A stretch of 64,000 bases of DNA from a virus. Positions 63,724-64,000 of the stretch are shown here, one piece after another (position 1 is the stretch's first letter; every line of letters begins with the position of its first letter). The translations under genes and the position numbers were made by a program. The notes below the pieces were generated by a model. That model had not been told where the DNA came from. It did no database searches and worked only from the letters and a program-made list of their open reading frames with translations. Where the stretch lies: IMG/VR virus record IMGVR_UViG_3300018080_000107; one strand, 5' to 3'.

Positions 63724-64000
63724 GTCCATACGAAAGGAGTCGGGCAAACGCCCGTTGTGAACACCTCCAAAAATCCCCCAGTTGGCGTTCTTTATTTATG
63801 AACGCTTTCCTCTGGCAAGGCGGACGATTTGCTCTGGCAATACAGTTCTACGGTGGCCAGACCTCCCCATATTAGCCTCAACTTAAAGCTACCAGACCTT
63901 AAGCGATTTGTCGCCCCTAATAAACAACCGGGTTCTACAATAAACTATATTTTTAAAATTAATAATGTTGCGAAGGTATCAGCCCCGCATTGCCGCTGGT

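Noticed and set aside
1-64000. Alternative genetic code or stop-codon reassignment
   Set aside because: Long core genes are intact under the standard code, all three stops end genes, and no suppressor anticodon was found

Overview
This window is a 64 kb segment of a large tailed dsDNA phage genome, with essentially all genes on the minus strand. Reading from low to high coordinates: (1) 1-19.5 kb is head morphogenesis, with three fibre proteins, an adaptor, major capsid protein, decoration protein, protease-scaffold, portal, terminase large subunit and an ERCC4 nuclease. (2) 19.5-30 kb holds a sigma-like factor, a class II ribonucleotide reductase carrying an unusual internal HTH plus LAGLIDADG-like insert, a DNA methyltransferase, Gmd, RNase HI and two RNA ligases. 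(3) 30.6-37 kb holds 16 tRNA genes, 6 of them with a non-canonical G55 elbow and one with an 8/4 fold, plus a tmRNA and candidate structured ncRNAs. (4) 37-47.7 kb holds a DHH phosphoesterase, a stand-alone LigA domain Ia, an ExbB/ExbD-like trio, a GGQ release-factor homologue, SSB and an SPFH protein. (5) 47.8-59.5 kb is a compositionally distinct, GATC-free putative early region. Most genes there have their own copy of a 28-bp element (motif A) coupled to a 16-bp palindrome ATKAA-N6-TTMAT (motif B). Motif B occurs over 40 times and forms two tandem arrays, each preceded by an oppositely oriented motif A. This cis-element architecture and the translation-rescue/tRNA-elbow set are the most novel-looking features. 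All family assignments are by-eye motif recognition; no searches were run.
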